Assembly (NCBI GenBank): GCA_964583685.1
Contig: CAZOVJ010000001.1
Coordinates: 4,033 to 68,032, forward strand
Source: an uncultured Gammaproteobacteria bacterium
GTDB taxonomy: Bacteria > Patescibacteriota > Microgenomatia > UBA8517
Reading direction: 5' to 3'
DNA: 64,000 nt
Shown here: one piece after another, positions 47,901 to 55,911 of the stretch
Numbering within the stretch: position 1 is the first letter of the stretch
Layout: every line of letters begins with the position of its first letter
Translations under genes and position numbers: made by a program
Notes under the pieces: generated by a model
Database searches by the model: none
What the model was told of the DNA's origin: nothing
Seen by the model: the letters and a program-made list of their open reading frames with translations, nothing else

Positions 47901-49731
47901 AGTTTCCAGCATTACTAACAGTAAACCTGGCATCATATGTATCATCAGTATGTGTCAGTCTTAATTGTTCTGAGCTTGAAGATACTTCTAATTTAGCATC
48001 TGGACTTGAATCTCCAATGCCAATATTGTCTGCTCCCGCATCAACAAAGAACAAATTAACATCTGTATCTCCTTCTATTCTCAAATCAGCATCATTGCCT
48101 TGTTCATTAAAGACAGCACCTCCATCAGCATGGAAGATAATATCTGCAGCTGAAGTAGAGGAACCACCAATGGCTAAATCATCACTGGTGGTTACTGGCG
48201 AAAGAACTCCAGAAATTCGTTGCCAAAAGCTGGAGACAGAACCTCCACCTAAATTAACCCAACTAGTACCGTTCCAAATATAGAGTGAGGTATCTGAAGT
48301 ATTAAAAACAAGCGTTCCTTGACCTATTGCGTTGGGGTTTGAAATAAATCGACCTAGTTGTACTTGTCCATCAAAGCGAGTATTACCCTCATCCACAAAA
48401 AGGGCCATAGCTTCGATGGCTCCATTATAACGTTTTAGTTTAAGGGTAGAGTAAATAGAATTTGAATATCCACGCTCGTCAAGAGTCAAGGTTAGGGCAT
48501 CGGAGAGGCCGGAGGCTTTTTTGGTAATTGTTGCACTACTACCAGCTTGCTGGCTTATTGAGAAATTTCCTGAAGTTTGAGAATAGCCAGTTATATTTTT
48601 TAACTTTCCCCCAGAGGTTAGGCGAGTAGTTTCGGCAGTTGAAATATCCTTTTCAACATTCAGATCTCCGGCAATTTGGGTATTACCGAGACTATCAACG
48701 CTGAAGCGGGTTTGGTTTGGAGAGCCGCTTTCTAGCTTTATAAGGTTGTAACCACTGGCATTATTGGCGACAATGCCATAATAAAGTGAGCCGGAGATTA
48801 AATTTGGTGCTTGGGCATTAAGAAAATTTCCCCTATAACCCTCAAAAAGGAAATGGGCGGTGCCAGAACCATCTGGATTTATTTCAATGTTTCCATCTGA
48901 GCCGGTAGGCGTGCTGATTGTTATTGCCTGGCCTTCAATTAAAAGATTGCCATCTGTTGCCTTTACGGCTGGAGCTTCCGAGGCCAGGAGAAGTTCGCCA
49001 TTCTCTGAAATAAGAGGGATTGTAGTTGGGCCGGCTTCAATAGAGGGATAGAATCCTTGCAAGCTTGCTGCTGTGTTGGCGGTCGAGACTGGAATAAGCC
49101 TGTCTGGTTCGCCTTCACTGGTGACCGCCGACAAAAACAGTTTTTCATTTTCAAAAAAGAGTTCAGTTGGAACATCATCTAATAATATCAAAATATCTCC
49201 ATTTGTATCAGGAGTAATTTGTTTTTGTTCAGAGGTCCAGACAGATTGATTTTTGTCTTCATCTTTATAGAGCCTGAAGGTTATTGATCGAGTAGTTGTA
49301 ATGGGAGCGTTTGCTTGATTTTTCAAGTTCATCTTGGCAAAAATTGTCCAGGGAGAAAGAATAGCTATTTCTTGCTCGCCAGAAGGCTCAATCTTTGTCG
49401 GTTCAGCTTGCTCAGCTGGAAAGACAGGCAAAAAGGGGATAGGAAGTTGTAATTTTTGGACAAGAAGGAAGATTAGGACAGCTGACCCGACGATTATACT
49501 ACCTCGGAAAAGATTAGTCAGATTAAACCGAGGAAGTCTGACCGGTTGAGGTTTTACCTCAGGAATTTGCTCAAAAGGATTTTGCTCAAGATGTCCTTCC
49601 TTCCGGGCCCAGTTAAAGAAGCGCTTTAAAGAAGACATTTTGCGCTTTGTGGTCGCAGCCGAGGAACGTTCGGCAATCTCTTCTTTATATTTTTTTACTA
49701 ATTCTGGTGTGATATTACTAAAATGGTCCAT
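41950..49731 (-). CDS. giant membrane-anchored tail-fibre-like surface protein (2593 aa) with an N-terminal integrase core-binding-like segment
   Basis: N-terminal ITPELVKKYK...ATTKRKMSSLKRFFNWA...NPF, then a TM helix, repeated GxVGIG/ASASGT beta modules, and a GADLAEYY...PVALAGRVPVKV domain. Confidence 0.8.
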   Translation of the reverse strand: MDHFSNITPELVKKYKEEIAERSSAATTKRKMSSLKRFFNWARKEGHLEQNPFEQIPEVKPQPVRLPRFNLTNLFRGSIIVGSAVLIFLLVQKLQLPIPFLPVFPAEQAEPTKIEPSGEQEIAILSPWTIFAKMNLKNQANAPITTTRSITFRLYKDEDKNQSVWTSEQKQITPDTNGDILILLDDVPTELFFENEKLFLSAVTSEGEPDRLIPVSTANTAASLQGFYPSIEAGPTTIPLISENGELLLASEAPAVKATDGNLLIEGQAITISTPTGSDGNIEINPDGSGTAHFLFEGYRGNFLNAQAPNLISGSLYYGIVANNASGYNLIKLESGSPNQTRFSVDSLGNTQIAGDLNVEKDISTAETTRLTSGGKLKNITGYSQTSGNFSISQQAGSSATITKKASGLSDALTLTLDERGYSNSIYSTLKLKRYNGAIEAMALFVDEGNTRFDGQVQLGRFISNPNAIGQGTLVFNTSDTSLYIWNGTSWVNLGGGSVSSFWQRISGVLSPVTTSDDLAIGGSSTSAADIIFHADGGAVFNEQGNDADLRIEGDTDVNLFFVDAGADNIGIGDSSPDAKLEVSSSSEQLRLTHTDDTYDARFTVSNAGNLTIDVTGSYLAITDNLQVNGGDIGISTDTDLIQLASGALSVNGTLTATGNIDSSGGVIQTNSTNRIDNSGNLANIGTTQFNTVVYTWPGSDGSSGDILSTNSTGTLSWVDPDVAVAGGIYWTLTGETIHPKNALWHDLGIGGTSTAAATFHVAANTGAVKAANGAFDIDSSGNISDVGSITSDSNITTTGGYGSFSSYVLADYLQIQDTNDSHQLSLVWNENETVADRTLNFLVAAGDRSLTLNEDFTIGDGHAGTLTFSAASKTLTVEDDTYVNQDLTTDANPSFAGVTAGNIKVGVTGDEEIDTVSGNLTLDSAGGTVNVDDALTATGNIDSSGGVIQTNSTNRIDNSGNLANIGTTQFNTVVYTWPGSDGSSGDILSTNSTGTLSWVAQSGGGEGWWTESSGALYPINTTLDVLIGDTASSSADIIFHADGGAVFNEQGNDADLRIEGDTDVNLFFVDAGADNIGIGDSSPDAKLEVSSSSEQLRLTHTDDTYDARFTVSNAGNLTIDVTGSYLAITDNLQVNGGDIGISTDTDLIQLASGALSVNGTLTATGNITTTGGYGSFSSYVLADYLQIQDTNDSHQLSLVWNENETVADRTLNFLVAAGDRSLTLNEDFTIGDGHAGTLTFSAASKTLTVEDDTYVNQDLTTDANPSFAGVTAGNIKVGVTGDEEIDTVSGNLTLDSAGGTVNVDDALTATGTITADGGLITRSDANLTFSTTTSGNLTLSSVGDLLFTDDNATNIPLTVSDTDLSPFPSGDRALVDALNYVREIAAGETSFSGYWQLSSNVIAPRHESVYELAVGGTSTSSATFHVGLSGDLQAGGAAADVSYSRFGTATTGHAGNLTTADDLLVSGDLEIDGVLFLDGLIIANKTLGTSTITFTDTPTTSYNSLSASSWLIENTANVGLAALMVNQTKDGDILTASASGTPKMALTNAGVLKLYNATSTISNDSGDITINAASDNISLASDNLINVNDAYFAGQVGIGTASPISKLHVDGAVVGKALAIFNETGDQAIFTASASGTTKFVIEHSGRVGINDALQVGSTTTAAYSRFGTATTGHSGNLTAADDLLISGDLEIDGVLFLDGLIIANKTLGTSTITFTDTPTTAYNTLSASSWLIENTANLGQAALMVNQTKGGDIFTASASGTPKFVIDNSGKVGIGTTNPSTALEVSGTVTATDFECDGCIDEGDLETAPDIQYVATDPNQRVTTSATYADFASQSSVTVNMGGLGTHWTFDFWVLTQMDQDGTGYLELYDVTNSQSISGSEVSFTSRSPIALSATGVTMPSSGTVTFRVRGKVPGSGSYLRLFWWAIYCRRTGAGADLAEYYRSTEPLGAGDVVAINFNEDKKINKSSQAYDPSSIGIVSSEPGMVLGNIDGTRQQSDAYPVALAGRVPVKVSLEGGVIKRGDPLTSSSVPGVAMKANSAGPIIGKAMEEFNGYSGQVMAFVNLSYYNPGVDTGDEVFDQVKITDREAGTYAIDQTGNLLGLGAWHSKLEDSSPITISEGESQAILEQLSQLGNLASKTLSAAVVNIYETLSAKEIKTFALEVTENIKAGAITARELAVDGLRAVGIKTALIETELISPVPDGNLVIDLDNSSPDASESAFGKLIVKGEGGEEVASIDAEGNARLAGDLEARQASFSGKMSSNQLAVASDATIAGELHAKKIYADEIVTSELSTVDSEQSITLEEIEELLREAEEEQSLLADSTDWNINTATDSSNLDELALNNLYVTETAAMNSLSLSQSLTIGPDLIIQSQMTDDQSLTINSIDTLSAPLKLQSLALAPLEIMAGKVRIDTDGNMQITGNLYVGGQIEASGLTLRESEQENGGPASPAGGFGKLLNLLDAEGNEIASIDASGSGQFKTVSTDKLIIAGSEATTSATLLTGLVTETNATAGKAMIPAGSREITIKNPRVTDYSLIYVTPTSSTLNNVLYVKSKNSCTEETQECKPNFVVGFNQALEVDVEFNWWIIDVTE
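45795..48149. repeat. near-identical internal duplications in the giant gene (modules Y 436 bp, X 401 bp, Z 185 bp, each twice)
   Basis: Y 45795-46230 = 46911-47346; X 46228-46628 = 47749-48149; Z 46744-46928 = 47587-47771. Confidence 0.9.
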
Positions 49732-49858
49732 ATTAAGGATGTCTAAAATCTAGCCACTTTTTCCGTCCGCCTAGAGTACTTGGCCAGCTAGAGGCAGTTG
49801 TGGTGTTCTTGAGGTTGATACCTTTTAATGTTGTTTGTGGCAGTTTTGTCATGGACAG

Positions 49859-50368
49859 TTATTGGATACGAGATGCTGAATTTTCAGCTTCTAGCCAAGA
49901 AATGAATTGTTTTATATCAGAAAGATAGTTTTTGATAGTATTGTGAGATACTTTTTCGCTTTGGAGATGGTTTTTGAATGAGCCAGCAATTGACTGTGAG
50001 AAGTCTTTGGAGGGTAGAGAGATCTCTCCCGAAGAGGGAATGTTGCTAATTTCTTCGGTAAAGTTGTAGTCTATGGTCTGAATTCCCTGAAGAAAACGAC
50101 CGAAATGACGGAGAGTGGACAACCGACGATTAATGGTTTTGTTGGCAATCTTATTTTGGACAAGAAAATTTTTATATTCCTGAGCCAGCTTTTTGGACAG
50201 ATAGGGAAGGATGTCATCTAAGCCTTCGGCCAAGGCGCCCCAATTACGGGCCTTGAGTAAAATCCAGCCGGTAAAATGGGAAAGGTCTGAACGATAAAAC
50301 TTTAAGCTTTTTGGAGAAATGCCAATTTCTTCTGTGAGATAGGTTTCAAATTTCTTTTTGATGGGCAT
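49859..50368 (-). CDS. tyrosine-recombinase core-binding (SAM-like) domain protein with no catalytic domain
   Basis: FETYL...SPKSLKFYRSDLSHF...KTINRRLSTLRHF and a second SHNTIKNYLSDIKQFISWL; no R-H-R-Y catalytic region in 169 aa. Confidence 0.8.
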   Translation of the reverse strand: MPIKKKFETYLTEEIGISPKSLKFYRSDLSHFTGWILLKARNWGALAEGLDDILPYLSKKLAQEYKNFLVQNKIANKTINRRLSTLRHFGRFLQGIQTIDYNFTEEISNIPSSGEISLPSKDFSQSIAGSFKNHLQSEKVSHNTIKNYLSDIKQFISWLEAENSASRIQ

Positions 50369-50954
50369 GGTTAGATCGAGAGTAAATTATACTGATTATA
50401 CTAATTATACTATTTCTAAAAGGCCTAAAAGAGTTTGTCAAGGGGCATTTTAGCTCAAAATTAATTTGAATCTATTAATTTTTCACGCATGATGATAGTT
50501 TAATTTCCGCGGGCAAATTTGCCTATCTCTTTATATTAAAATATGTCAATCTATTATCCTATAAGAAGGAATTCTTGCTTAAAAACTTTTAAAACACGTG
50601 CCTGGCTTGAGGCTTGCGGTAATCTGCGGAAAAAGAGATTTTAATGAAGAATTTAAATTGAGATTGCGCAAATTGAGCTGATTTACTGGCTATTTATCTT
50701 TTAGCAGCTCATTATCTTAAGTGCTAGGAAAAATCATGTTTGAAAATGGCCAAGAAATAGGAGTTTCTTTATTTTTTAATCCCTAAACTTTTCTTGCTTA
50801 ATAATTGAGCGACAATATAAACAACAATCAAAAAGGCGATGAGTTGGAGACTGTAATGGGCCAAGGGGCTTTTTAGTCGAAAAAAAGGCAAAAGCGACTG
50901 AGATACCGAGAATTAAGCTGTTGACAATGAATTGCAGTCGGGCAGAAAGCATTT

Positions 50955-51218
50955 TTATCTACTCAAACCTTCAAAAATCCACCTTTTGATAAGTGATTGG
51001 TAAGGAATATCTATTTTATGAGCTTTGATTTTGACTCTCTCGATTAGAGTTTGTGGCAAGCGAATAGTTATTGGTTTGCTTGTTAATTTTAAGTTTGGAA
51101 ACTTCCAATTCTCCAATGATTTGTATTCCACATATTCAGTTGAGTCGACCTTTTGCCAGAACCTGCGTTCTTCTGCCTCTGATTTAAATTTTGGAATCCT
51201 TTTTAGTCTTTTCTTCAT
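50955..51218 (-). CDS. BrnA/CopG-like antitoxin
   Basis: IPKFKSEAEERRFW...ITIRLP...IPYQSLIK. Confidence 0.85.
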   Translation of the reverse strand: MKKRLKRIPKFKSEAEERRFWQKVDSTEYVEYKSLENWKFPNLKLTSKPITIRLPQTLIERVKIKAHKIDIPYQSLIKRWIFEGLSR

Positions 51219-51537
51219 ATATACTCCTTTCTCTTTTATTGGCAGCTCTTCCTGAGATTACCCTGATTTTATCTTTTCTAATGGTAAAAACTACAAATAG
51301 TATCTTCTCTTCAAAATCTTTACCTATTGCTATAAATCGCTTTTCTTCCTGGCTATGTTTTATGTCCCTTTCTATTCGTAAATTGTCGTCTAAAAAAACT
51401 TCCTCTGTTTGATTCGGTGTAATTCCGTGCTTTTTATAACTTTTGTCTATGTTGTTTTTATCCCATTCAAAACCCTTAGTTTTACCAAAATCAACCACTG
51501 TACATGTATTATATGTACATAGCGAATCTTTTGTCAA
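51184..51537 (-). CDS. BrnT-family toxin (true start probably slightly downstream)
   Basis: FEWDKNN..K..KKHGI...HSQEEKRF...IRVISGRAAN. Confidence 0.88.
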   Translation of the reverse strand: MTKDSLCTYNTCTVVDFGKTKGFEWDKNNIDKSYKKHGITPNQTEEVFLDDNLRIERDIKHSQEEKRFIAIGKDFEEKILFVVFTIRKDKIRVISGRAANKRERSIYEEKTKKDSKI

Positions 51538-51572
51538 TAATGTGTATTGGAACTTATTGAGGATGTGATAAA

Positions 51573-54161
51573 ATGACAGCCAAGGTGGCTGAAAAATACA
51601 ATCATCAAAAGATAGAAAAGAAGTGGCAAAAAAAATGGGAGAAGACGGGCTTATACACTCCGGATATCCCTTCGGCCAAAAGGCCTTTTTATAATCTTTG
51701 GATGTTTCCTTATCCCTCGGCTGAAGGTCTCCATGCTGGTCATGTCTTTGCCTCGACTGGCTCAGATGTTTACGGCCGCTTTATGCGCATGCGGGGCAAG
51801 GATGTTTTTCAGCCGATTGGCTATGATTCTTTTGGTATCCATTCCGAGAATTTTGCCCTAAAAATTGGTGAGCATCCTCAAAAAATGCTGAGCCGAACCA
51901 TCAAAAACTATGAACGACAATTGATGAGTTTGGGGCATGGCTATGATTGGAACCGAACACTGATGACTTCTGATATAGATTATTATAGATGGACACAGTG
52001 GCTTTTTATCCAGATGTTCAAAGCAGGCCTGGCTTATCGGGCCAAGGCAAGGGTTAATTGGTGTCCTTCTTGCAAGACGGTTTTGGCTGACGAGCAGGTG
52101 ATTAGCGGCAGATGCGAAAGATGTTCAGCTGAGGTTGAGCACAAAGAATTGGAGCAATGGTTTTTCAAGATTACCAGCTATGCTGACAGATTATTGGCCA
52201 ACTTAGAAAAGATTGACTGGCCGGAAAAGATAAAGACCATTCAGAAAAACTGGATCGGCCGGTCAAAGGGAATGATAATAAAATTCAAAAATCAAAATTC
52301 AAAAATCTCCCGCAGAGCGGGATCCCGTCTCGCGGGAAAAATTTCCGTTTTTACTACCCGGCCGGATACCCTTTTTGGTACGACTTTTTTGGTTCTGTCG
52401 CCAGAGAAGGCGAAAAAATTTCTCAGCCTTGTTCCCTTGAGCAAAAAAGCTACTATATCAAAATATATCGAAAGAACACTGAGGAGAACAAAACAAGAAA
52501 GAAAATTGGAGGAAAAAGAGAGAATTGGGCTGGATATGGGCTTTAAGGCAATTAATCCGGCAAACCAAGAGAGGGTGCCGGTTTTTGTGGCTGATTATGT
52601 TTTAATGGAGCATGGTACGGGGGCAGTCATGGGCGTGCCCGGACATGATCATCGGGATTGGGATTTTGCCAAAAAATACAATTTACCGATTATTGAAGTG
52701 GTTGGCGGTGGACAGATGCAAAAGGCTGCTTATACCGGGCCGGGCAAGCTGATTAATTCTGATGAATGGAACGGCTGGCAAATGCCTCAGCAGTTGGACA
52801 AGGTTTTAGATTATCTGGAAAAAAAGAAATGGGCTAAAAAAACCACTACTTATCATCTTCGCGATTGGTTGATTTCCCGGCAGCGCTATTGGGGTCCGCC
52901 CATTCCCATGATTTATTGTCCAAAGTGTGCCAAAAAAGGGAAAGCTAGCTCTATGTCCGGATGGTATCCGGTGGAGGAGAGCGAGTTGCCAGTAGAATTG
53001 CCTTATTATAGGGACTATCAACCCAAGGGTGGAGGAAGGGGGCCGTTGGCCGACCATCCGGAGTTTTATCAAACAAAATGCCCGGTTTGTGGGGCTGAGG
53101 CTCAACGGGAGACTGATGTTTCCGATACTTTTCTTGATTCTTCCTGGTATTTTTTGCGCTATCCTTCGACTCGCTCCGCTCGCTCAGGACAGGTCCCTTT
53201 TGATCCAAAGATTACCAAGAAGTGGTTACCGGTTAATCTTTATTTTGGCGGAGCTGAGCATGCTGTCCTCCATCTTTTGTATGCCCGCTTTATTAGTCTA
53301 GCCCTTGATGACATGGGCTATTTGAAGTTTTCCTCCAGAGTGAGAGGAGAGCCTTTTCCTTGGTTTTATAGCCATGGCTTGATGATTAAGGACGGAGCCA
53401 AGATGAGCAAGTCAAGAGGCAATGTGGTTAATCCCGATGAGTATATTGAGAAATTTGGGGCCGATACATTGCGTCTTTACCTGATATTTATGGGGCCGAT
53501 GGATGGAACTCCGGATTTTAGGGATACGGGCATTGAGGGAATGCATCGTTTCTTAATGCGGGTTTGGGGATTATTTCAAAGTCAAGGGGCTGAGCAACTC
53601 GAGAAGGAGTTGCTGGTCAAAATGCATCAAACTATAAAGAAAGTGACGGAAGACATTGAGAAATTTCATTATAATACGGCCATTTCCAGCATTATGGAGT
53701 ATGTCAACGTGCTCCGCACTCAAACTCAAAACTCAAATCTCAAAACTCAAAACAATAGGGAATGGTCTGAATGTCTGCGGGTATTGGTCCTTTTGCTCGC
53801 CCCTTTTGCTCCCCATCTGGCGGAGGAGATATGGCAAAATCTCTCCCGCGGAGCGGGGTCCCTGCCTGGGCAGACAGGACAAAAATCTTTTAAATCCATC
53901 CATCTTGAGGCCTGGCCAAAATATAATTCCAAATTGATAAAAGAGACTTTGGTGAGAATTGTTGTACAGGTCAATGACCGGGTTCGCAGTCAGATAGATG
54001 TTGATAGCCTGAGGTTGAAGGATGAGACCTATGTTGAGGAAATGGCTAAAAAGGATGAAAAGGCAAGGAATTGGCTGAAGTCCAGGAAAATTAGAAGGGT
54101 TGTTTATGTGCCTGGTCGGCTAATCAATTTTCTCGTCACTCCTGGCCATGGAAAAAATTGA
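51573..54161 (+). CDS. leuS: leucine--tRNA ligase
   Basis: MFPYPSAEGLHAGH, FTTRPDT, GTGAVM, DWLISRQRYWG, KMSKS. Confidence 0.97.
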   Translation: MTAKVAEKYNHQKIEKKWQKKWEKTGLYTPDIPSAKRPFYNLWMFPYPSAEGLHAGHVFASTGSDVYGRFMRMRGKDVFQPIGYDSFGIHSENFALKIGEHPQKMLSRTIKNYERQLMSLGHGYDWNRTLMTSDIDYYRWTQWLFIQMFKAGLAYRAKARVNWCPSCKTVLADEQVISGRCERCSAEVEHKELEQWFFKITSYADRLLANLEKIDWPEKIKTIQKNWIGRSKGMIIKFKNQNSKISRRAGSRLAGKISVFTTRPDTLFGTTFLVLSPEKAKKFLSLVPLSKKATISKYIERTLRRTKQERKLEEKERIGLDMGFKAINPANQERVPVFVADYVLMEHGTGAVMGVPGHDHRDWDFAKKYNLPIIEVVGGGQMQKAAYTGPGKLINSDEWNGWQMPQQLDKVLDYLEKKKWAKKTTTYHLRDWLISRQRYWGPPIPMIYCPKCAKKGKASSMSGWYPVEESELPVELPYYRDYQPKGGGRGPLADHPEFYQTKCPVCGAEAQRETDVSDTFLDSSWYFLRYPSTRSARSGQVPFDPKITKKWLPVNLYFGGAEHAVLHLLYARFISLALDDMGYLKFSSRVRGEPFPWFYSHGLMIKDGAKMSKSRGNVVNPDEYIEKFGADTLRLYLIFMGPMDGTPDFRDTGIEGMHRFLMRVWGLFQSQGAEQLEKELLVKMHQTIKKVTEDIEKFHYNTAISSIMEYVNVLRTQTQNSNLKTQNNREWSECLRVLVLLLAPFAPHLAEEIWQNLSRGAGSLPGQTGQKSFKSIHLEAWPKYNSKLIKETLVRIVVQVNDRVRSQIDVDSLRLKDETYVEEMAKKDEKARNWLKSRKIRRVVYVPGRLINFLVTPGHGKN

Positions 54162-54771
54162 TTGGCAAGAGCTGCTTTTCAAATTTCGTTGGCAGATTGT
54201 CTTTCTTCTTTTGGGTCTTATCTTGGTTGCTGGGGGCTTGATTTTAGCCAAAAGCGATATTTTCTCTCCTAAACCTCAGATAGAGATTCTAGAGAGCGTT
54301 TCAGAAGGAGAGGGGGCAAATAAGCATGTTATTGTCGAAATAGCCGGTAGTGTGGAAAAGCCTGGGGTTTATAAATTGCCGGCTAGTTCGCGAATTGAAG
54401 ATTTACTGATTGCTTGTGGTGGAGTTTCAGCTGACGCGGACCGTGAATGGATGGAAAAAACTCTGAATCGAGCCGCCAAGTTGGTTGATGGCCAAAAGAT
54501 TTTTATTCCCGCCTTCGCCAAGGCTTCGGCGGGTGGGCCAAGGGAAACTCAAAACAACGGAACCGCGGTGGCGGGGAGTTATATCTCCGAGTTGATAAAC
54601 ATCAATACGGCCAGTCAAAAAGAACTGGAAACACTGTGGGGAATTGGCCCTGTTACAGCCCAAAACATCATTGAACACAGACCTTACTCATCTGTCGAAG
54701 AACTGCTTTCCAAAAAGATTTTAAAGACAAATGTTTATGAAAGGACCAAAGATAAGCTATCAGTCTATTAA
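54148..54771 (+). CDS. comEA: competence DNA receptor ComEA
   Basis: TM, SLBB domain (VEIAGSVEKPGVY), HhH domain (ININTAS..EL..LWGIGP..A). Confidence 0.9.
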   Translation: MEKIDWQELLFKFRWQIVFLLLGLILVAGGLILAKSDIFSPKPQIEILESVSEGEGANKHVIVEIAGSVEKPGVYKLPASSRIEDLLIACGGVSADADREWMEKTLNRAAKLVDGQKIFIPAFAKASAGGPRETQNNGTAVAGSYISELININTASQKELETLWGIGPVTAQNIIEHRPYSSVEELLSKKILKTNVYERTKDKLSVY

Positions 54772-54840
54772 AAAATCAAAATTACAAGTTAAAATTCAAA
54801 AATTTTAAGATTTTGCATTGTCATTTTGCATTTTCTTAAG

Positions 54841-55899
54841 ATGAGATATTCGTTATGGTTCTTTTTAATTTTCCTGGTTGTTTTTCGCTTTTTAACAACC
54901 CGGCCGATTTATAAAAACGGCGATAAGGTACGGTTAAGAGGTCAGGTTTCTTCAGAACCAACAAGATATAGCCAGCAGCAAGGATTAAACCTAGCAGGCC
55001 TCAAAATTTATTTGCCGCTTTACCCGGAAATCAATTATGGAGACAGAATTGTTGTCAGGGGAGTGGTGGAAGATAGAGTTTTGAAAAATGCTCAGCTAAT
55101 CAGGTTTGAAGAAAGCAAGAGCCTTTTTTTTAAAGTGAGAAAAAAGCTGGTCGCATTTTATCAAAGCTCCCTAGCCGAGCCTCATTCGGCTTTGCTTGGA
55201 GGAGTGGTTTTGGGCACTAAAGCCAGTCTGCCTAAGGATTTTTGGCAGGCTTTGAAAAAGACCGGCACCGCTCATGTCGTTGTTGCTTCGGGAATGAATG
55301 TTACCTTGGTAGCCAATTTTTTAATTAGCCTGCTCATTTCATTTTTACCCCGAAAAAAAGCTATTCCAGTTGCTCTGTTGGGAATTTGGGCCTATTCTTT
55401 TGTTTCTGGTTTTGATGCTCCGATTATCAGGGCGGCCATCATGAGCTCTTTGGCCTTTAGTGGCCAGGCTCTGGGCAAGCTTTACCAAGCTTGGCGAGCT
55501 CTGTTTCTGTCAGCTGGGGTTATGCTTGTAGTTAAGCCGGATTGGCTCTTTGATTTGGGTTTTATCTTATCCTTTGCGGCCACGGCCTCACTGATGCTTT
55601 TTGGGAGTAAAATTTACCGTTTGATACAGTTTATGCCGGGAATATTCAGAGAGGGATTGGCAACCTCTCTGGCCGCCCAGATTGGAGTAGCGCCCTTACT
55701 TTATCTGAGCTTTGGCCAATTTAATCTTCTTACTCCTTTAATCAATGCCCTGGTTCTTTGGACAATTCCGATAATGACAGTCATTGGTTTTGTTGCTGGA
55801 CTGCTGGGCTTAATTGTGCCCTTTCTTGGTAGTTTGATATTGTTTTTGTGCTATCCTTTGACCAGCTGGTTTATAAGTATAGTTGGCTTGTTTGGTTAA
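54841..55899 (+). CDS. comEC: ComEC competence-domain (channel) protein
   Basis: TGTAHVVVASGMNV, RAAIM and GFILSFAAT motifs. Confidence 0.9.
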   Translation: MRYSLWFFLIFLVVFRFLTTRPIYKNGDKVRLRGQVSSEPTRYSQQQGLNLAGLKIYLPLYPEINYGDRIVVRGVVEDRVLKNAQLIRFEESKSLFFKVRKKLVAFYQSSLAEPHSALLGGVVLGTKASLPKDFWQALKKTGTAHVVVASGMNVTLVANFLISLLISFLPRKKAIPVALLGIWAYSFVSGFDAPIIRAAIMSSLAFSGQALGKLYQAWRALFLSAGVMLVVKPDWLFDLGFILSFAATASLMLFGSKIYRLIQFMPGIFREGLATSLAAQIGVAPLLYLSFGQFNLLTPLINALVLWTIPIMTVIGFVAGLLGLIVPFLGSLILFLCYPLTSWFISIVGLFG

Positions 55900-55911
55900 C
55901 AAGGTTCTGAA

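Noticed and set aside
49735-49852. Frameshift or readthrough joining the 169-aa core-binding gene to the giant gene
   Set aside because: The giant gene's frame has several stops in the gap; the 39-codon ORF there has no recognisable motif.
41950-50368. Prophage or active integrase
   Set aside because: No catalytic recombinase domain and no capsid, terminase or portal genes.
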